A stretch of 59,385 nt of DNA from Vicugna vicugna (taxonomy: Eukaryota). The stretch is from positions 620,001-679,385 of the forward strand of contig MU058584.1 of NCBI GenBank assembly GCA_013265495.1, read 5' to 3'. The position numbers and the translations under genes were made by a program. This document shows positions 36,056-47,162 of this stretch, one piece after another (position 1 is the stretch's first letter; each line of letters begins with the position of its first letter). The notes under the pieces were generated by a model. It was not told where the DNA came from, made no database searches, and saw only the letters and a list, made by a program, of their open reading frames with translations.

Positions 36056-36759
36056 ATTTGACTAACCCGAGGCAGGGAGTGGTTGCATGGTTAGTCCTGA
36101 GAGGTTTTGTGGGCACAAGACCATTGGTTTAATATATTTAATTAATTAACGTCTGCCCAGATGTACTAATGCCAGAAGTCTAAGAGGTCTCTCCCAAGTA
36201 TAAAATATGTACTTGGGGACTTCAGAGACAATGCAGCTGCCTGACTGGCTAACAGAGGAGTAACTCCACTGATACATACACACTTTACAGTGGACCCCTC
36301 CCTAGCACTTGGAATTTAGGTCAAATTGCCTCCACTCCCCAAGTCCATGCCCTGGAGAAACTTCTCCAGTGTTTCTGTAAGTTCCTAAGGACTTACTTTT
36401 TCACCATCTCCTCTGCCTCCAAGTCCCTGTGCCCCACATGCTCTCCTAATACTGCCCTTGCAGACCTAGAAAGCAATACTGCAACACTTTTCCTAATGCC
36501 TTTCCCTGACAAAATAAAAATTCACTCATAAGGAAGGATTGGTGAGCAAGGTAGAATTTCCTGAAGATTTGCATAGGAGGTAGGGGCAGAGGGGTTTGCC
36601 TTGCACACTCCACAACAAATGTCTTGGAAATATATTTGGACATTCTGATTGCCCACAGTGCCTTTTTAGCCAACTAATATTCCGAGAATTCTCTGACATC
36701 CTTACTCCTTTCCCACAAGCAGAGTCTTATATCTCCCTTCTTTGTACACAGTGATATGC

Positions 36760-37290
36760 AAATTAATCAGCCAAACAAATAAGCAAAAAAAAAAAAAAGA
36801 GAGACAAAAGGAGACAAGAAAACCCAAAAAACATTACGTTGTTGACTTGTATATCAAATGTGGTGATAGGTTACATTTAATAAGATTCTGAATACTGCAA
36901 ATTAAAAAGTGTGACATGAATTACTAAATATTCTCCAAATACCCCTAAATTGGAAAAATCATCAAGAGCCAAATAATGACAAAATTGGTGAACGATATGA
37001 ATCGTAAACTCAAATATATTAGTAATTGTATTAAATGTAAATGGACTAAGTGCTCTAGTTAAAACACAAAAATTGATGGATAGGATTAAAATAAACAAAA
37101 TCTAACTTTGTAGCGTTCACTAAAGAAACATATAAGACACGTGAACACAGAAATTCTGAATGTGAAAGCAGAGAGAAAAATTATAGCATGTAAATATCAA
37201 CCAAAAGAAAACGGAGTAGTTATATTAATATCAGACAAAATAGAGCTTATGACAAAAGTATTAATGAAGAGGTTTACCTTCCAATGAAAC
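36760..37290 (+). mobile_element. L1 fragment (ORF2 endonuclease start region)
   Basis: ttaaatgtaaatggactaagtgctctag...ttaatatcagacaaaatagag. Confidence 0.7.
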
Positions 37291-37319
37291 AGATTTAATA
37301 TATAATATATCATATAATT

Positions 37320-37556
37320 ATGAGTAACATATAACATTGAAAAACTTGCATGAGATGTTCAACACTTTATTATAAAGCAGGCTTTATTTTAGATGGTTTT
37401 GCCCAACTGTAGGCTAATGTAAGTGTTCTGAGCATGTTTGAGGAAGGCTTGGCTAACCTATTATATTCGATAGATTAGGTGTATTAAATGCATATGTGAC
37501 TTACAGTATTTTCAACTTACGATGGATGTAACTCCATCATAAGTTAAGGAAGATCT
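37320..37556 (+). mobile_element. Tigger2/MER28-like DNA transposon end
   Basis: gcccaactgtaggctaatgtaagtgttctgagcatgttt...ttaggtgtattaaatgcat. Confidence 0.78.
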
Positions 37557-39230
37557 TCACCACATTTTCTTTATGCATTCATCCTTTGATGGACACTTAG
37601 GTTGCTTCCATGTCTTGGCTATTGTAAATAATGTGCAATAAACATGGGGTGCCTGGCACAAAGTTAAGTGTTCAATAAATGTCATATGTTCTCATTAATA
37701 TTGTTATTTAAAGATAGTTAAAAATGTATGTATCCTGTACTTAATACGAAAACTACGAATGGAACATTTTAAATTTCTTGTTATAACATAAAACAAGTGG
37801 AGTTGATTTTGTAAATATGGATCTTGATGTCTTCTTGGTGGATATTTGGCTCTGTGGAGAAAGAAGATTTCCTATATTTGCTATTGGTCTTCAATATGTA
37901 GATGTTGGCTGGACCTCAGTGGATGACAGCCCTAGATATGATAAGAAGGATGAAATTCTCTCTAATGTTTGCAAGCCTTAAGCTCCTGGTACCTGCTTTA
38001 TCAGTTCTCCAGGGGAAATCTTTTCTCTCATTTCAGAGGTGAGAACACCATAGGTCTTATACAGTCCATTTGTCAATCTTTGGCTTGATGTTCTCAGTTG
38101 AGTTTTAAAGACTATAGGCCCTCTACATTTCTGCTCTTCAAGAAACTGCTAAGCTCTTCCTGACAAAACTTTGGCCTTGCAAATGCAGTAAGAATCTGAC
38201 ATGGTATTTTTGATATGTGACTGCTAACAGCTTTTGAGCCTCACCTCATCCTTTTCCCTTCTGCCCCACATCTGGGCAAGTTGATCAAGCTAATAAGATA
38301 GCCTGGGTGCTCCCTCCTTGGTCACAAGCAAGACGTTTAAAACACACAAGCCTCTGACCAAGTGCAGGAGCACTCACACGGGCCCCACCCTGATGTACTG
38401 CAAAAGCCCCAAGCCGGTCTCCTTTGTCCAAAGTGCGTTTGAAAACGTAAATAAAACCAACAAATCGCTTAAGTGCTAATTAGTAAAAGTTTACAAACTG
38501 GGAGCACTCAGACCAAAACATGGAATGAGGCTCAGAGGTATTTTGTTATAAAGCTGCTTATACAATGTGAAGGCAATGAGTGTTTATCCTTCACAGTGAT
38601 CTGTTACAATATTAGACTTTTCTTAAATGAAGGAGAATTGAGTAGTGGTTACCTCATATCAATTTTGGGGAACAATTTAAGTTTCGTTTATGATTCTCCA
38701 AGAAGGCATAAGCAAGAAGTGACCCAAGTCAAGTTACCACATTTGCCTTGCAAAAATCAGGCTTTGCTTGTATGACTAAAATGGTTTTGCCCTCTCAGCG
38801 AATTTTCAAGTCTCGTCTCTGTTTGTGTTTGACTTTAACACTTTCTTGCTCTCTCCACTCATTTTCAGGCCAGCTCTGGAAGATGGTTCTGCTCTACCCA
38901 GAAAGTCTCATTATGTAAATAGTAAACCTTTCAGATCCTCTTGGGGTGTGTGTTTGTGTGTGTTTGTGCGTGTTTGTGTGTTTGTTTGTGTGTGTGTGGC
39001 ATCATTAGCCTGACATCTGAACAGATCTGGGGTGGAGGTCCATCCTGTTTCTATAGAGTAAATACAGAGGCTGTGCCTGTGTCTCTGTGTCTCTGAGCCT
39101 GTGCTCAATCCCTCACCAGCAGCAGATGACAAACATCTTATGGGAAACCTGCTCACTTTCTGTTCTGACGTTTATGCTCATGTTTTAATTTAACAAACTT
39201 TAAAGGTCACTTGGAGGAAATAAAAATCGA

Positions 39231-39254
39231 GTGTGTGTGTGTGTGTGTGTGTGT
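39231..39254. repeat. (GT)12 microsatellite; further GT runs at ~38946-38998 and ~39703-39723
   Basis: Direct reading. Confidence 0.92.
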
Positions 39255-39971
39255 GCATGTGATGTGAGCTATGTGACCTTCATTTTTTCATGACATGACA
39301 CAAGAGAAATTCAAGTCAATAAAGAATACTTTAAGGATTTTCCACCTGGTATATTTGTATAATATTTGGGGAACAGGATAACTTTGTAAATGCCTATCAA
39401 AGCTTTAAATGTACAGGTGTTTGACCAAACACTACTAGTTTTAGAAATTTAACCTAAAGAGAGAGCTGGGTAGACTTTAAAAAAATGTAAGTATGAAAAT
39501 TTTTATTGTCACATTATTTATTGAGAAAAACTTACAGTGTAGTTATGTAAATCAATATATACACTCAATAGAATACCAGGTAATTATAAAAGGATTATGA
39601 GTATATGCTTTCATGGATGTAAAAATATTCCTGTGATTTTTTTTTTGAGCTACAAAATGTTGCAGATCAGCAAATCAGATGATTCTACCTATGCACATAG
39701 GGGTGTGTGTGTGTGTGTGTGTGAATGTTTATGTGTATGTGGATATGTGTATGCACAGAGAGAAACCTAGAAAGGATTTTGCCAAAATATTCACAAGGAT
39801 CATTTATGAGAGGGCTTCTGCTTTCTGCTTTATGAGTTTATATTTTGTTTGATTTTTCTACTATGAACTGCTGTAAAATGTAAGTCTTATTTTCTGGAAT
39901 CTGGAGAATTCCCAAAGACTTCTTAAGAGCCTTTCCTACCCATTTCTTCAATTGCCATTATCCTCCTCAGT

Positions 39972-40645
39972 AAGGACACGCCCTAAGTCAGGGCTCAGGT
40001 TCTCCTCACCTGCAGGCTTCCTACGACTGCAGGAAGTCCCTCCACACCCCAACTGGTGAATCCCACACATCTCCTAATATCCACTCCATTTTGACTCTGC
40101 TGATTGTAAAGGCAGACCCACTTCCAACTTTCTACACTCACGAAGTCACCTACTTAGTGTTTTGCATGTTGGTGTTCTCTGCACGCTCTGTCAGGCTGTG
40201 AGATCAGGTAGCATTTCCTGTCCACAGCTACCACATAGCTTTCTGGTCGGCGCTATACGCTGCTAGGTCAACTCTCCCTGCGACTTCCTTCCTTTATTTC
40301 TAGCCTTCTCCCATAGTATATTCATTTAGATCGTGAAAGCATAGAACTTGGCATATTGCCATTCTCACCCAGCGAAGAAGGAAGTGTAGCTCATCTCTGG
40401 GGAGCAAAATGACAAGATTTCACATGTCAGGATCTACTGCCAAGCCCTCAAGTGCCCTGCGTGGACACTGTATAACACAGTCCCAAGGTGACCACCTTGA
40501 ACATATTTCAGTGGAACTGGGGACATTGGTAAGAGAGGGAACATAACGACATATTAACAATTTGATCTTGGACAAGTTATTTAATGAGGAACTCCAGTTT
40601 CTTTCCCCACAAAACAGGGATATATTACCTAGTGGAGATGGCTTT
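39972..40645. repeat. Duplicated intron-1 block, copy B; lacks the ~230 nt segment corresponding to ~20615-20842
   Basis: Direct comparison by eye with 20270-21150. Confidence 0.9.
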
Positions 40646-43417
40646 GTGAAGGAGCCATGAGCTAATGCACATGGCTTGTCTGGACATCACATAGGTACTA
40701 CAGAATCAATATACCCTAAACAGAATTCATTATCTTTCCTCTCTATCTGTCTGTGCCTCCTGCCACTGAAACTTGCTATCCTTCTCCTTCTTTTTTTTTT
40801 CCCCCAGTTCTCACCACTAGTTCATAGCACTGCTCTGATCTCATTTCCCAAACCAAAAACTGTGGAGTCATCTGAAACTGCTTCCTCTCCCACACCTCCC
40901 ACAATTAGCCTGTAACTGAGTTCAGTCACTTCTGCAGCCTGTCATTCATATCCATCTCATCTTCGTCATCTTCACTGCCATCAGCTTGGCTCATGCGCTT
41001 TCCTTTATCCTGAATGGTTTCAGTTAACTCCCCCTAGATCACTCCACATTCCTTTCAAGCCATTTTCCACCCACTGTCTAAATAGATGATTTAAATAATT
41101 TAATCAGGTTCTTCCCTGCTTACAATCATTCAAGGTACCTATGCAAAGCCCTTTATAATCTGGTCTTTCTCTCCCTTTATATTGTCATCTCCTGCTGCTT
41201 TTAAATCTACACACCCTATTTCTCAGTCTTGCCCAGACACACTGGGACACTTTAAATCTGGGATCTTTGCACATGACATACACTGAAGCTGCTGCTGTGT
41301 TCTCATTCCCTTGTTTGTCTGATACCTCCTACTCTTCACACAAGTTCATTTGAGGTGTCATTTCCTCTCTGAGTCCCTCTTTTAAACTGCTTCTAGGCAG
41401 TCTGTACTACCTCCTCTCTGTTTTCATAGTAGTTGGGCAAACTGTATTATGGTACCTATTCCCCCATCATCCATGCATAAAATACATGCAGCAAATATTC
41501 ACTGATCAGGTCATCTTCCTAGGTTTGAGAACTCAGATAAGTAAGAAATAATCTCTGCTCTCAAGGAATTCACTGGCCCAGTGAAAAAAAGAAAACATAT
41601 ACACATATTGCTATAATACTAATGTGCTAAGTACAATGATAAAAATATTCATAGGGTAATAAAGGAATACTTAACACTGTTTGGTGGGTGGGATGCTCCT
41701 GGAGAGAGTGGTCCCAGGGCTCTCAAAGCCTCGCTTGCCTCATTTAGAAAATAAAAAAAAAAAAAAAGATAATCTACTGCATATGAGTGCTGAAAGGATT
41801 AAGGCAGAACATTCACGTGCTTGGCATTTAGTAAGTCTTCAGTAAATGTTAGCTGATTCTCAAAGAATGATTAAGAGTTACCCTATGTAGGGGAAGGAGA
41901 AATAAAGGGTGAGAGGAAGAGCATTCAGACAGATAGCCTAGCAGGAGCTAGGAATGTAGATGAGAGACCACAGCACAGGGAAAGATGTAAGCACTTTACA
42001 GTTGTTGGGGTCTTAGCTGCAAGGCAGGGAGGGGTAATAAAGAGGCTGAAGAGACAAATCAGACAATGGCAGGTCCTCATAAGGCTTGCTAAGGATCTTG
42101 GATTACTCCGTCTGTTATGGGATGCCCCAGAAGTAGATTAGAATGCTGTCAATAGCCAGCCTGATTCTGGTTATGGATAATTAATAAAGGGAACATCCTG
42201 CAATTAGATAAAAGATGTGTGGGAATTTGTTAATGATGTTATAAGGGGTCCACAAGGCTCAGTGGAAAGGCATGTAAGAAAAGGGAAGAAGAACTGGGTC
42301 CCAGAGGAAAAGACAAAGAAGAGAAATGAAGTCCCAAGTAATAAAATTGCTTCAATGCAGAAGCAGGTTGAGACCCCAGGTGGTAATAGAAGTAGAGGCT
42401 TGGTAGTAATTTCATTGCCTGGCCTGGCAGATATGTGGTGGCCCAGGTAAGAAATGGTCCCAGAAGGTCAGAGGTTTCATGTGTAGATGACAACGCTGGC
42501 ACAGGAAGATGGGCAAGAGTTGGAAATTCTAAGTATATAGTAAGATACAATATTATAATTATCTGCTTAAACTCACTTTCCTGCACTAGACCCAGAACAC
42601 CTTAGGGCTACCTGTCTCATCTCTGTATCCCCAGAGAGAAATATATATCTTCTTTGTAAGATTGACACACTTGATTTTAATTTCCATAGTCGGTAAAAGA
42701 TAAAAATTTTCAGTGGTCCACATTTTCTTGGGAGGCTAAAGTGATTATCCACTCAGCTTTGCTTTCTACACTAGGCTCTAAGTAATCACTCTGTAGCATA
42801 GTTCTGGCGTTTTGACCTGATTTCAGATGAATTTTAGCAAGAGCAAGTCATTTGAGGAATTTTGGCCTTGCTTATTCATCTAAATGATAGTGATTATTTA
42901 TACTTACCTTAGTAGACCCAGAGAGAGACAAGAATGGATGATACATGGTAAAGCCTTTTATAAATCTAAATAAAATGAAAATAGTATTAGCATTTTAAAT
43001 ATGACAATCAGGGGTGGCAGAATGCATGTAAACATTGGTCTCTGAGGTTGAAATTTCAAAAAAGAGTTTCTTGCCTTTTCCATACTAAATAAACAGACAT
43101 CTGGAGATGTCTTTCTCCCACGGCTGCCTTCTCTGCATCCCTGCCCGCCTCCCAGGCTTCCCGCAGCCCTTCTCTTCACCCCCACCCCTTCTGCTGCTCC
43201 ACAGAGTCTGCTGCTGCGGGCTTTGCACCAGGAGGGAAGGGCAGGTGGAGGGGCCTGGACAGACACGTTCCTCCCATCCCCTCCTGGCAGTATCGATCTG
43301 TTTCTCATTCTGCTCATTTGGGCTGCAAAGCCAGTCAAGTGCAATGCCTTTCCCACTTGACTATCAGTCCTACATTCAGCATAAGGTTCCAAATGTGTGG
43401 AAGACGGGACTACTCAC

Positions 43418-43551
43418 GAGACACAGAGGCACAGGACGCCTGGCATAGACTCGCTGTCTCTTAACAGAAAGTTGCCATCCACCCCTTCCTCGAGCAGCAG
43501 GTTCTCGCAGTCTCACTTGCACAGAGGGCCATGGTAGTAAGGCAGATCCAT
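43418..43551 (-). pseudogene. Second copy of SH2D1B exon 1 (EAT-2 paralog/ERT-like remnant) with a premature stop
   Basis: Translates [44 protein letters not shown]; 7 differences in 134 nt from 26581-26714; codon 13 is CGA>TGA (43515-43513); GT donor intact; no matching exons 2-4 of its own were found. Confidence 0.93.
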
Positions 43552-43574
43552 GCGGAGCCCTCTCGTATCCCAGG

Positions 43575-44250
43575 ATGGTTTGAACATCTTCATGGTACAT
43601 TCTGAGTGGACGATACCTAAGGTTGAAGAGATCTGCAAAGAAATCCTAAACTCACTCAGCGTTTATTGTTGCTATTAACAATTCTGATATTATTATATAT
43701 ATTTAAAACTATATATATATTAAAAAATATATATATATATTTCCAGGATAAAACAAAGACATTTTACACTAGTGCTGTTAGAAACCAAGACTTTCTCTTG
43801 TGAAAGAAAGAGATATGTGCAAGATGAAAGAATTTAAGCAAAAATTGGAAAAATACACACAAATTTTTATTTCATTTTTTTAAAATATGTATTTCCTAAT
43901 TCCATCCAACTGAAAGGGTCTGTAAGCAGTGACAACTCAATATCAACAAGTATGGGTGGAGATAAAATTGTGGTGTCTAAGTACCATTCCCTCATTAAAG
44001 GAATCAGGTATCTTTTGAGGAATGGCTGCTTTTATGTTTGTGGAAGCTTATAAACAAGGTGAGCCTAGAACACCTTCTTGTGCAAGAATTCAAAGAAATT
44101 AAAAGATGCAGCCATGTCAAAAGAGCAATGGAGCCAGCATGAAGGGTCTCATATGGGCCAGAGACGAGAAAATTTAAGCATCAAAATATTAATTGCAGTT
44201 GGCATACATTGCATATACAAAAATTTATGAGTTTATAATGATACTTAAAA
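43575..44250 (+). mobile_element. Old L1 (L1MC/MD-like) 3'UTR fragment abutting the pseudo exon 1
   Basis: gaaatcctaaactcactcag, tatttcctaattccatccaactgaaagggtc and taccattccctcattaaaggaatcagg. Confidence 0.65.
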
Positions 44251-44379
44251 GAAAAAGAAAGAGTGAAAGAGAACAAATCTCCTTCCAAAAAACAAAAAAA
44301 AAGGAGGAGGGGAGGCGCACCAACTTCTCTGGATCAGAAGACAGTAATGAAGTCCAATAACAAAACGCAGCACAAAGAC

Positions 44380-44622
44380 TTTGTTAAATCATATCAGTTT
44401 TCCTGAAGTGGGATCCTCATATCTGTGAACTCTTTCTGACTTTAAGGACAGAATCTGAGGTAGGTGTAAAGGCCAATCAAGAGAAGCTAACAAGGAAAGT
44501 ACTTAGCAAAATGAGCAGCATGGGATCTACCAGAAGTGGTTTGCAACACAAACATACTGCTCTTTCCATTTTCCTCTTATTTCCTCTAGATCTTCAGGGC
44601 AAACCAGCTCAGTCCTGCCAGC
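44380..44622 (+). promoter_or_regulatory. Putative promoter/5'UTR of the SLAM-like gene
   Basis: CCAAT at 44473 and several ttcct (ETS/PU.1-like) words; weakly similar sequence precedes the pseudogene exon 1 (31375-31450). Confidence 0.4.
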
Positions 44623-44668
44623 ATGAAACCTGCTCAGCTCCTCCTCCTCCTGCTTTTCCAGTCTCAAG
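44623..44668 (+). CDS. SLAM-like gene exon 1, signal peptide MKPAQLLLLLLFQSQ
   Basis: gccagcATG context, poly-Leu core, donor AG|GTGAGT, phase 1. Confidence 0.85.
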
Positions 44669-46698
44669 GTGAGTGGGTCACAAGCTCCTCCCCTGTAGCC
44701 TGACCTTCCAAGGGGCAGAGGGCCCAAGTGGGCACTGCCCAGAGGGCCTTTTCTGGAACTGAGAGCCCCTTGTCAGAGAGATTGGGAGACCAGGCAGGAA
44801 AAAAAAAGTTGAATGACTCAAGGACGTAAGACAGAAAGATCGATCAGAGTGTGAAGGAGAGAAAGGAGGAGGAGGAAACGAGTAGGGGGTACATAGAATT
44901 GTTGTGGGTACACTGGGAATGTCAGAGTTGAAAGCAACCTGGAAGGCTTTATATCTCATCTCTATTGTTTTATAAAAGAAGTGTCAAGGCCTGGAGGAAT
45001 CTCCAGGCTTCTCCAAAACTGCACGGGAAGAGGCAGGATCCGGACTGTCATCTAGAGGTCTTAGACCATGCACTACCGAGCCACCAGAACAGCAGTGATA
45101 TTGAAACCCCAGCTGTGACCTGGCGGAGCATTTCATAAAATAGGAAGTCAGGAGAGTCAGACTTTAGGGATAAGGAAAAAGAGGGGGTTGGCAGGGCGAG
45201 ATGGGCCCTGACTTTCCCTGCAGTCTCCCTTCTAATCTTCCAGGGCCAACAGCCCTCGGCAGGAACTCAGCCCTTGGGATGGAGAGCCTGATCCCAGCTT
45301 TGTCCACTTCCAGCTCTAGCCATAGCACCACTGCTGTGTCCCACACTCTCTGGGGCCCCTAGCTGGGAGAGCTGTGAATGACTGGGAGACTTAAGGGAAA
45401 GGGAGGGTATCAGGGCCAGTTTTTATGGTCATTTCTTTCTGTGTTCACAGTTTCACAAACCAGCTCAACCCCACAAATTGTGAATGGGGCTCTGGGGGAG
45501 TCAGTAATGCTTCCCCTGCAGTTTTCTGCAGAGAAGAGGATTATCTCTATCGTCTGGCTTCACAACGGAATGTCTATCGCCTTCACACAGTTAGAAGGAC
45601 AAAGTTCACTGACATATATAACTGACCCAAAATGGAAAAATCGATTGAGTGTCACTAACTCCCACTCCTTGCAAATCAGCAACCTGACAATGGCAGATGC
45701 AGGATCTTACAGCACCCACATAACCACAATGACCTCTTCAGTGGTGTCCACTTATGATCTGAGGATCTTCAGTGAGTACAGGCATAGAGGACCAGCTCTC
45801 AACCGGCCACAGTGAATAGGGTCATCCTGTAAGCCGGCGGGTGGGGGCTAGATGACCCTTGGTAAAGACTGTCCCTTGGTTTCACTCTTTTGGCCGGTCC
45901 AGAACCTCTCCAAGGTAGATCTTTTTCTTTCCTTTTCTAATTCTTTTTTTGTCCTCTTCAGTTACCAGCAGATTCTGGCTGATGGCTGTGGTTGTGGCAG
46001 GTTGAAAAACATCACACAACTTGCTGCTTAGGGGCTGGGGAATGGAAGGGTCAGGAATCCTTTTATCTAAAGGGGTGTGGGTTCCTTGCTCTGTTCTCTC
46101 TCCTTTATTCCCTGAGTCCTCTCCTCCTGGGATGTCCTATAAGACCCCTTATTGCTCTTGGTATCTTTTAAAACTATTGCTTCAAACAGAGAGACTGCCA
46201 AGGCCTCAAGTTCAAGTGGATTCCTTCTCCTGTGAGCACAGCACCTGTACTGTCACCTTGAGGTGTTCCGTGGAGGAAGGAGGAGAGAACATCATATATG
46301 AGTGGACAAAAACAGGACCAAGGACTGTTCTGACCCAGGAAGGATCAGTCCTCAGTGACTCCTGTAATTGGAACTACACCTGCACAGCTACGAACCCTGT
46401 TAGCAACAGCACGTCCAGCCTCAACCTTGTTCAGCAGCTTTGTGCAGGTAACTGGTCCCTTCAAGCCTTTCTAGGACTCCTGGGGAATACTTTGAGAATC
46501 ATTAGAAGGGCCTGGAGAGGATAGATGGTCAGCTCTCGGCACCTGCCAACAACACCCCTTCCACGTATGCACACCTGCTCTGTTCTCACTCACTCTGCTT
46601 TCTCTCCTTCAGGTTCCAAGGCAGCTACATGCACTTTCTCCCCAGTGACATGGATTCTCCTCGGAAAGGGGCTTCTCCTTGTATCCTGGGGGTTCTAG
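44623..46698 (+). CDS. SLAM/CD2-family Ig receptor (SLAMF6/SLAMF9-like); 4 coding exons, 711 nt, 236 aa, no cytoplasmic tail in the current frame
   Basis: Exons 44623-44668, 45451-45771, 46190-46447 and 46613-46698 are all joined by phase-1 GT-AG introns, as typical of Ig-superfamily genes. They encode signal peptide, Cys-free IgV, IgC2 and a hydrophobic C-terminus. Confidence 0.88.
45451..45771 (+). CDS. SLAM-like gene exon 2, IgV domain (SLAMF6-like)
   Basis: VSQTSSTPQIVNGALGESVMLPLQF...SLQISNLTMADAGSYSTHIT...YDLRIF resembles the SLAMF6 V domain (VNGILGESVTLPLEF, SLQLSNLKMEDTGSY); acceptor ttcacAG and donor A|GTGAGT. Confidence 0.93.
46190..46447 (+). CDS. SLAM-like gene exon 3, IgC2 domain
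   Basis: KRLPRPQV...TCTVTLRCSVEEGGENIIYEW...NYTCTATNPVSNSTS...QLCA shows the SLAM IgC2 signature (YTC.A.NPVS); acceptor caaacAG and donor G|GTAACT. Confidence 0.93.
46613..46698 (+). CDS. SLAM-like gene exon 4, stalk plus hydrophobic segment (GSKAATCTFSPVTWILLGKGLLLVSWGF*)
   Basis: Long polypyrimidine tract and AG at 46611-46612; LLGKGLLL resembles the SLAMF9 TM start (LLAKGLLI); TAG at 46696-46698; AATAAA at 46755-46760. Confidence 0.8.
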
Positions 46699-46981
46699 GA
46701 ACTTGGCACTTCCAGACACAGGTACTCAGTAGACCTCTCAAGTCAATTCAGGGCAATAAAAGCACTAGTGCCCCAGAATAGTCAGGCTGTGTCCTGGATG
46801 AGGCCATCGCTCCTCCATAGCTCAGTTAAGTCCCATTTACTGACATGTATACCTTTCAAGGTGCACTGCTATATATTTTCAAAGGCCAGTTTCATATCCT
46901 GGCATGTGTGAGCCCAAATGCACACACATTGCATGAGAATGAGGAAGTTTTAGCAAGAAAAGATAAAATAACTGCATGAAA

Positions 46982-47162
46982 ACCATGTTTTCTAGTCTAA
47001 GAAGTATTTTCCTCCATAATTTAAGCTTTCTGAAATCAAGATGAATCATAATGTTGGTGTGTGTGGCTAAAAGAGATGATGTACTTTTCTCTTAAAAGGC
47101 TTTTTATTAAAATGATCCTGCTTTTAAAAATCCATAAGGTCTTAGAATTCTTGAAATACTGT
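46982..47162. mobile_element. Short Tc2-type DNA transposon relic (MER104-like)
   Basis: Imperfect inverted ends (tctaaga... / ...tcttagaattcttgaaatac) and tctgaaatcaagatg. Confidence 0.55.

Noticed and set aside
36400..39900. Exons 2-4 of the second SH2D1B copy
   Set aside because: I searched by eye for exon 2/3/4-like sequence and found none; highly decayed remnants cannot be excluded
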